A stretch of 64,000 bases of DNA, taken from assembly GCA_963790305.1 (NCBI GenBank), contig CAWBOC010000009.1, forward strand, positions 956,911 to 1,020,910, read 5' to 3'. Made by a program: the position numbers and the translations under genes. The notes beneath the pieces are model-generated. The model was not told where the DNA came from. It made no database searches and saw nothing but the letters and a program-made list of their open reading frames with translations. The stretch comes from an uncultured Gemmatimonadaceae bacterium (GTDB lineage: Bacteria; Gemmatimonadota; Gemmatimonadetes; Gemmatimonadales; Gemmatimonadaceae). The stretch's first letter is position 1. Every line of letters starts with the position of its first letter. This document shows, in pieces, positions 57,908-64,000 of this stretch.

Positions 57908-59364
57908 GGGCGCACTACGTCCTTCGTGAGGGTGGGACAGGGCGCGTCGTCGGTCGACGTCACGCCCTGACATGGGAAGGTTCGCGTCCCCGACTCCATA
58001 CCCGACCGGTGAACCAGCGCCTTCGCATCGAGGTTGAATCGAAAAGACTGGCCGAGTGTCAGCAGCGAGCGTGGATCCGGCGTGGTCGGATCTTCACCGT
58101 CGGCCATGATGTTCTGCGGAGTGAAGCCTTGGACGCCGATCGTATGTCCAAAGGGGTGGTCCTCCCAAGGCCCGAGCGCGTGCATGAGCTCGTGCGCGAG
58201 CAGTGATGGCTGCCACTTGGCCCACGAAACGATGACGATACTGCCCGCAGCAGAATCCCAGCGGCAGGTCAAAGCATTGCCGTACCATTCTTGGAAGTCC
58301 TGCGCGAGGATGCCGGTGACGTAGACGACTGTGATTGTGCCGGGCGACATTGTGATGCCCAGGGCCGCGAGCCGCTCCTTCACCGGTTCCGGCGCCCCGC
58401 TGCACAGGTTGCCTTCGCCGAGCTTAATGTAGAACTCCTCTCCGCCGAGGACCTCGATGCTCGTCTGGAGAGTGATCCCACTGTAGCCGCGATCGAGAAC
58501 GCGGCGTGCATACTTGAGGTCGACCTCGACGCGCCCCTCGTCGGTGAGTGGTGTCGCGACCATCGTCTCCGTGACAGCAGTCGCGCTAGGCTCGGGATCG
58601 CCGGGACAATGAACCCCCAGGACGTACAGCGCCGTCTTGAGTATGCGCAGTCCGGGAGGCGCCGATTCTTTCGGACGGCAACCCGCCACGACTGGGGCGT
58701 CGTCGACGAACTCTACGGTCTCGCACGCGCCGGTAAAATCGATGTCGCTCAGACGGTGTACACCCTGCGTCGGCGAGAAGAGCGTGACCTCGCCACAGTG
58801 CGTCTCCTCGGGGTAGCACGTGAGGTAATCGAGCGCGGCGACGCCGGCCACGCCGATCAGGGTGTCGCTCAAGGGGAGCTCCGTCTTGCCGTCGACGAGG
58901 ATGATGGCGGGCGATCCGTTGGCCAGGTGCTTCGCGCTCACCCAGTCGATCACTGACGGACTCGTGGGCGCGGCCACGTTCACCACGACCCGCGTTCCTT
59001 CAGCCCCCGGATAGCTCACGTCGTAGGACAGCGAGGTCGTGGGCCCGGTGACCACCAGCGTCTCCCCCGCGGTCGACGAAGAAGGATCGTCGGTGCGGAC
59101 CCATTTCACGTCCTTCAGCTGGTCCTTCGACACGGCGTGTCCGCGGTCGTCGATCACGCGCGCCCGCAGCATGAACGACTCCCCCGGTCGCGCCGAGACG
59201 TTAGGCGGGATGACGTGCACCCGCGCGACTCGGTCGAGAGGATCGCTGTCGTCAGGCGACGAGCACGCGGGACAGTTGCCAGCCGCGGAGAGCGCAATGG
59301 CGCCGACGACGACGGTCAAGAGTCGCGATCTGCAATGCTGCCGGCTTCGGCCAGGCACGTGCAT
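57904..59364 (-). CDS. Secreted Cys-rich protein with Ig-like domain and metzincin-like HExxH peptidase domain
   Basis: Signal peptide; Ig-like VARVHVIP...VKW; LAHELMHALG...H followed by NIM (Met-turn-like). Confidence 0.65.
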   Translation of the reverse strand: MHVPGRSRQHCRSRLLTVVVGAIALSAAGNCPACSSPDDSDPLDRVARVHVIPPNVSARPGESFMLRARVIDDRGHAVSKDQLKDVKWVRTDDPSSSTAGETLVVTGPTTSLSYDVSYPGAEGTRVVVNVAAPTSPSVIDWVSAKHLANGSPAIILVDGKTELPLSDTLIGVAGVAALDYLTCYPEETHCGEVTLFSPTQGVHRLSDIDFTGACETVEFVDDAPVVAGCRPKESAPPGLRILKTALYVLGVHCPGDPEPSATAVTETMVATPLTDEGRVEVDLKYARRVLDRGYSGITLQTSIEVLGGEEFYIKLGEGNLCSGAPEPVKERLAALGITMSPGTITVVYVTGILAQDFQEWYGNALTCRWDSAAGSIVIVSWAKWQPSLLAHELMHALGPWEDHPFGHTIGVQGFTPQNIMADGEDPTTPDPRSLLTLGQSFRFNLDAKALVHRSGMESGTRTFPCQGVTSTDDAPCPTLTKDVVRP

Positions 59365-59550
59365 GGCCCCTTATGGGTGAGTGGCGGCGGCCTTGCGACG
59401 TGGCCTCAACCATACGGATTCCAGGCGCGCGGCGCCAGCGCCCTGTCGCTCCCCTCCTCGATCGTTATGAGCAGGCTAGGCGACTGGCGGTGGCCCCACT
59501 CACCTCATATGGTAGGAGCTCGCGCGACCGTCCTGCGCTTCAGGAGAGGC

Positions 59551-62463
59551 ATGCCTGCCGATTCCGGAAACCGCAGCCCAGCCAGTCCCGACGCCGGCGA
59601 ACGGCTGAATCGCTTTGACGCGGACGGCGACGAGTCCGCTCAATTCGAGGAGCTGGTCGCCGCCCTGCGCGACCGGTACCAGATTCGTCGCGAGATCGGC
59701 TACGGCGGCTCGGCCTATGTCTATCTCGCCACCGACCTGCGCGCCGGTGGCAATGTCGCGATAAAGGTGCTCCGGCCTGGGTACGCGGTCGCACTCGGGA
59801 ACGCTCGCTTTCAGCGCGAAATCGACATCGCCGGGCGACTCCGCCACCCGAACATTCTCTCGTTGCTCGAGGTCGGCTCGGCCGCAGGGCGTCGGTATTT
59901 CACGATGCCATACGTCGACGGCGAGACGCTGCGAACGCGGATTGCGCGCGAGCGGCACATGGCGCTCGACGATGCGCTCGACATCGCCCGCTCCGTCGCC
60001 GCCGCCCTCGATTACGCACATGCCGCAGAGGTGATCCACCGCGACATAAAGCCCGGGAACATCCTCCTGCAGGGCGACTCCACGCTCGTCGCCGACTTCG
60101 GGATCGCACGCCCCATCACGGTGCTATCGCGCGATCGGATCACGGACTCCAACGTCATCGTTGGGACGCCGGAGTACATGAGCCCGGAGCAGGCCGCGGG
60201 CGATCGCAAGCTCGATGGGCGAAGTAATGTGTATTCGCTCGGCAGCGTCGTGTACGAGATGCTGGTCGGCGAGCCACCCTTCACGGGGCCCTCGCCCCAG
60301 GCAGTCATCGCGCGCCTCTGTGTCGACACGCCGCGATCGATTCGCGTCATTCGACCTTCGATTCCGCGCGGCGTGGAGACCGCCATTCAGCGAGCCCTGG
60401 CGAAGGTCCCCGCCGACCGGTTCGCCACCGCAACGCAGTTCATCGAAGCGCTCGAAGCGGGAATCGCCGAGCCTCCGGAGCTGTCCGAGCCCCCTCGTCC
60501 GAAGCGCTCGCGCGCAATGATCGCTGCAGCGGCCGGTGCGAGTGCGCTTGTCGTGGCGACGGCGATCTTTCTCTCCGTCCGCAAACCCGTCCTCGACGCC
60601 AATCGGATCGTCGTGTTCCCCTTGAATCAGTCAGGCGGCGGGTCAGGCAGCGCCGCGGGGGAAGAGGTCGCGATGTTCATCGGATACGCGCTCGACGGCA
60701 CCCGTCCGCTGAAATGGACCGACGGCTGGGAGCTCCTCACACCGGCACAGCGGGCGCGTGGGGGCCGTCTCGATACGCGTCTCGCTCTCGAGCTCGCTCG
60801 TGACGCAGGAGCCGCCTATTTCATCGACGGGTCGATTCTTCGGCGGCCCGATTCCGTCAGGGTGCTGCTTCGTCTGCACAACGTAGCTCGCGATTCGACG
60901 ATACGATTGGTCGAGCGTTCCGGACCTGTCTCCTCCGTGTCGGTCCCGCAGCTTGGCCTCGCCGCCGTGCAGGGGCTTCTCCCCGATCTGGTCGCGCCTG
61001 GTGGGAAGATCAATGTCACGGCGCTGAGGGATCGGCGGCCTGCTGCCGTCGCGAATTTCCTGCAGGGCGAGCGCGAGTACCGACGTATGCAATTCGCCGC
61101 TGCGCTGCCGCATTATGGCGCCGCGATTCATGATGACTCCGCATTCGCCCTCGCGGCGTTGCGGGGAGCCTATACCGCCGCGTGGCTGAGTGACGTCGGC
61201 GCGGGTGTCGCGCTCATCACCACTGCCTTGCGAAGCGCGCCATCCCTCACCCCCGCGCACGCGGCCGTCGCGCGCGGGTTGCAGGCGTACCTCGAGGGTG
61301 ATGCAGACTCTGCGCTCGCCTTTCTGCGGCGGGCATTGCAGCAGGACTCGGAAGCGGCGGAGACGTGGACACTGCTCGGGGAGACGTACTCGCGCCTCCT
61401 GCCCAACGAGTGGGCCGCGGACTCCCTCGCTCGCTCGGCGCTTGAGCGCGCGCGGACGATCGATCACGACTTCGCTCCCGCACTTGTCCTCCTCGAAGAG
61501 CTCGCGCTTCGCGACGGAGACGTTCAGCGTGCGACACAATTGCAGCGGGAGCTGCGCAGCGCCGGCGCCGATACCACCCACGTCATGGCGCGCGATCTCA
61601 TGTTCCGCTGTGTCGCGCGTGGGCCAGGCGCCATCGACTGGCGTGAGGCGGTAACCCGCGATCACGAGGCGGTGCTTTCTGTCGGCAAGGTTCTCGGGGG
61701 CCGGGCTGCAAACCCGGCGTGCGCACTCGCCGCGTTTCGCGCGGTCATTGCGACGACCGCTCCGCCCATTCGCGTACGGTTTGGCGCTTTGCTGGGACTT
61801 CAGGCTCAGCTCATTGGGACGGGACGAGCAGCCGAAACGCCGACGTCGTTAGGGGAGAAAGGCGCGACGGGTCTGGACTATCGCCTGCGGATTCCAATCC
61901 TGGCAGGCGCCGCGGCCGGCGACGGCTTTCAGCGTCAAGCACGGGCCGTGGCGGATTCGGCTGCGTCGCTGGGTTATGACAAAGCGTCCGCCAGTACACT
62001 CTGGCAGCTGGGATACTTCGAGGCGCATCGCGGAAGTGTCGCACGCGTTCGTGACGTTGTTCGCGCTCTGCAACTCAAGGCCGATTCATCCCAAACCCCG
62101 CGTGATCATCGCTTGGCACGTTCCGTCGCCGTGCGGATGCACCTGCTCGAAGGTGACACCACCGCGGCACTGGCAATTCTCGGAACGTTGCGACCGCTTG
62201 CGCGCCGCGCTGCGCTGGGGTGGTGGCCTTGGGAGTCCCTCGGACCGGAGCGCCTACTGCACGCGCAGCTGCTCTACAATCGCGGGAGGTTCGAGGAAGC
62301 GCTTCGGGTCGCAACGTACCTCGACGCGACGGAGCCCATCGGGTACCCAATGTACCTGCGGCCGAGCCTCGAGCTGCGTGCGCGCGTGGCAGCGAAATTG
62401 GGGAACGAGCGCCTCGCGGATCAGTACCTAGAGCGACTACGGAAGCTGGATAGCTCGAACTAA
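59551..62463 (+). CDS. Ser/Thr protein kinase with TM segment and TPR-like C-terminal region
   Basis: GYGGSAYV, VAIK, HRDIKPGN, DFG and GTPEYMSPE; TM segment after the kinase domain; helical repeats. Confidence 0.9.
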   Translation: MPADSGNRSPASPDAGERLNRFDADGDESAQFEELVAALRDRYQIRREIGYGGSAYVYLATDLRAGGNVAIKVLRPGYAVALGNARFQREIDIAGRLRHPNILSLLEVGSAAGRRYFTMPYVDGETLRTRIARERHMALDDALDIARSVAAALDYAHAAEVIHRDIKPGNILLQGDSTLVADFGIARPITVLSRDRITDSNVIVGTPEYMSPEQAAGDRKLDGRSNVYSLGSVVYEMLVGEPPFTGPSPQAVIARLCVDTPRSIRVIRPSIPRGVETAIQRALAKVPADRFATATQFIEALEAGIAEPPELSEPPRPKRSRAMIAAAAGASALVVATAIFLSVRKPVLDANRIVVFPLNQSGGGSGSAAGEEVAMFIGYALDGTRPLKWTDGWELLTPAQRARGGRLDTRLALELARDAGAAYFIDGSILRRPDSVRVLLRLHNVARDSTIRLVERSGPVSSVSVPQLGLAAVQGLLPDLVAPGGKINVTALRDRRPAAVANFLQGEREYRRMQFAAALPHYGAAIHDDSAFALAALRGAYTAAWLSDVGAGVALITTALRSAPSLTPAHAAVARGLQAYLEGDADSALAFLRRALQQDSEAAETWTLLGETYSRLLPNEWAADSLARSALERARTIDHDFAPALVLLEELALRDGDVQRATQLQRELRSAGADTTHVMARDLMFRCVARGPGAIDWREAVTRDHEAVLSVGKVLGGRAANPACALAAFRAVIATTAPPIRVRFGALLGLQAQLIGTGRAAETPTSLGEKGATGLDYRLRIPILAGAAAGDGFQRQARAVADSAASLGYDKASASTLWQLGYFEAHRGSVARVRDVVRALQLKADSSQTPRDHRLARSVAVRMHLLEGDTTAALAILGTLRPLARRAALGWWPWESLGPERLLHAQLLYNRGRFEEALRVATYLDATEPIGYPMYLRPSLELRARVAAKLGNERLADQYLERLRKLDSSN

Positions 62464-62479
62464 CAATGGCTACGGCCCA

Positions 62480-63411
62480 ATGATCCAGAGTCTCGCATCC
62501 TTCCGATCGCTGTGTGCGCTGGCAGCCGCGAGCGCGATCGCCCTCCCCGCCGCGGCGCAGCAAGTATCGGACACGACCTTCAATCCGCGCATCGCCCGGC
62601 CGGCGTACCCCGAGGGTCGCGGTCCTGTCGTGCTGATCAATGAGGCGCATGCGAACTTCCACACCGCCGAGGGGCGCTATCTCGCGTTCGCCCGCCTGCT
62701 CCGCCGCGACGGCTACGTCGTGCGCTCGAACAAGGCGCCGCTCACCAGGAACGGACTCGATGGCGCCCGCGTGCTCGTCATCGCCAACGCGCTGCACGAA
62801 CGTAATCGCGACGACTGGGAGCTGCCGACGCCATCCGCCTTCACGCCTGACGAGATCACCGCCGTGCGCGACTGGGTCGCCGCCGGCGGATCGCTCTTCC
62901 TCATCGCCGACCACATGCCCTTTCCCGGCGCGGTCGATCACCTCGCTGCCGCATTCGGCGTGTTCTTCGTCAACGGGTTCGCGCAGGACTCCGCTGGAGA
63001 TGCCGGCACCATCATTTTTCACCGGTCATCGCGATCGCTCGGCGACCACGCGATCATCAACGGACGCTCGCAAGCCGAGCGCATCGATTCCGTGGCGACC
63101 TTTACCGGAAGCGCGTTCCGCACGACGGTGCCTGTCGACACGCTGCTCCGGCTTCCACCGACGACCAATGTGCTGATGCCTCAGGTCGCGTGGCAGTTCT
63201 CGCGATTGACGCCGCGAACATCGGGCGCGGGAATGCTTCGGGGCGGTGATCACGCAGGGCCGCGGGCGCGTCGCTGTCTTCGGCGAAGCCGCCATGTTCT
63301 CGGCGCAAGTCTCAGGACCGGAGCGGCGGCCCATGGGGATGAGCGATCGAGAGCGCCTCAGAACGCCAGTTCCTGCTGAACCTCATGCACTGGCTGTCCG
63401 GCGCTCTCTAG
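62480..63411 (+). CDS. Secreted DUF4350 / GATase-like domain protein; frameshifts near the 3' end
   Basis: [34 protein letters not shown], then [14 protein letters not shown] and [10 protein letters not shown] in other frames. Confidence 0.72.
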
Positions 63412-63535
63412 CGCTGCACCGCCCGACTCGGGTGGGGATTGTTCCCCTCGAGCCTGTCGATCGAAACGGTTGCGCCACCAGCCCGCGCGCGTCCCTGGGA
63501 AGGCCACCTGACCAGTCCCATTTCGCAGGAATCCC

Positions 63536-64000
63536 GTGTCCGCCCTGCCAACCAGCGACCTTCCCTCGCCGCCGCCTAGTCCGGCCATGTGGTGCTCGGA
63601 GTGCCGAGCGCCGATGCGCACCCAGTACTTCGCCCTCAACGAGCGACCCATCTGCGCCAAGGGCCGTCCCCAGTTCGGAAGTCATTCAGCGCGGTGTCGG
63701 CGCGGCGGCCATGCAGCGCGCCGTCATTCAGGGGGCGCTCACCACCCTGCTCGGCGCCGCCGCACTCGCGGCCGGGGTGATCATCTTCCCCTTCCTGCGA
63801 CTCCCGATCGTCGTCGGCATCGGATGGTTCATGGGGAAGCGGATCATGGCCAGTGTCGACGGCTACGGCGGCCGACGCTACCAGTATCTCGCCGTGGGGC
63901 TGACCTACGTCGCGATCCTCCTTCGGCTCCCTCGTTCCGGCAATCAAGCGCGCCAACGACGACGCGAAGCGCAGGGCCGCAATCGCCCGCCTCGTCCGCC
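63536..64000 (+). CDS. Partial hypothetical membrane protein with N-terminal Cys motif (frameshifted, runs off the window)
   Basis: SD AGGA then [27 protein letters not shown], then after a shift TM segments and [14 protein letters not shown]. Confidence 0.5.
   Translation, partial: MSALPTSDLPSPPPSPAMWCSECRAPMRTQYFALNERPICAKGRPQFGSHSARCRRGGHAARRHSGGAHHPARRRRTRGRGDHLPLPATPDRRRHRMVHGEADHGQCRRLRRPTLPVSRRGADLRRDPPSAPSFRQSSAPTTTRSAGPQSPASSA

Overview
High-GC bacterial chromosomal DNA, most likely Gemmatimonadota. This is inferred from the gene content (TPR-tailed Ser/Thr kinase, the '...VDAIAIEVERIAEGQRFTTKLL' small-protein family, many peptidases) and was not verified by a search. Left part (1-16.9 kb, minus strand): an apparent operon of an XrtA/PEP-CTERM-type polysaccharide deacetylase, DegT-type aminotransferase, Sfp-type PPTase, acyltransferase-3, a two-module NRPS with a luciferase-like monooxygenase inserted in its second A domain, and a KS-AT-KR-DH type I PKS that runs off the window edge and is absent from the ORF track. 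Middle: yggT/DUF167, a SAM-II-like riboswitch ahead of metH and a Hcy-methyltransferase/MTHFR fusion, a CbiX-like chelatase, acyl-CoA dehydrogenase, several peptidases, two-component genes, a MocR regulator, a KaiC-like ATPase/histidine kinase operon, duplicated small membrane-protein genes and an OPT transporter. Right: M3 peptidase, TolB-like protein, glnS, an unannotated three-gene secreted operon opposite a Ser/Thr kinase. Non-coding highlights: about a dozen hairpin elements built from 6-9 bp tandem units (two of them in frame inside metH), and the hexamer GTTAGG/CCTAAC at 25 manually counted sites. More than ten single-base frameshifts in ordinary genes suggest long-read indel errors. 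All product calls come from motif recognition by eye.
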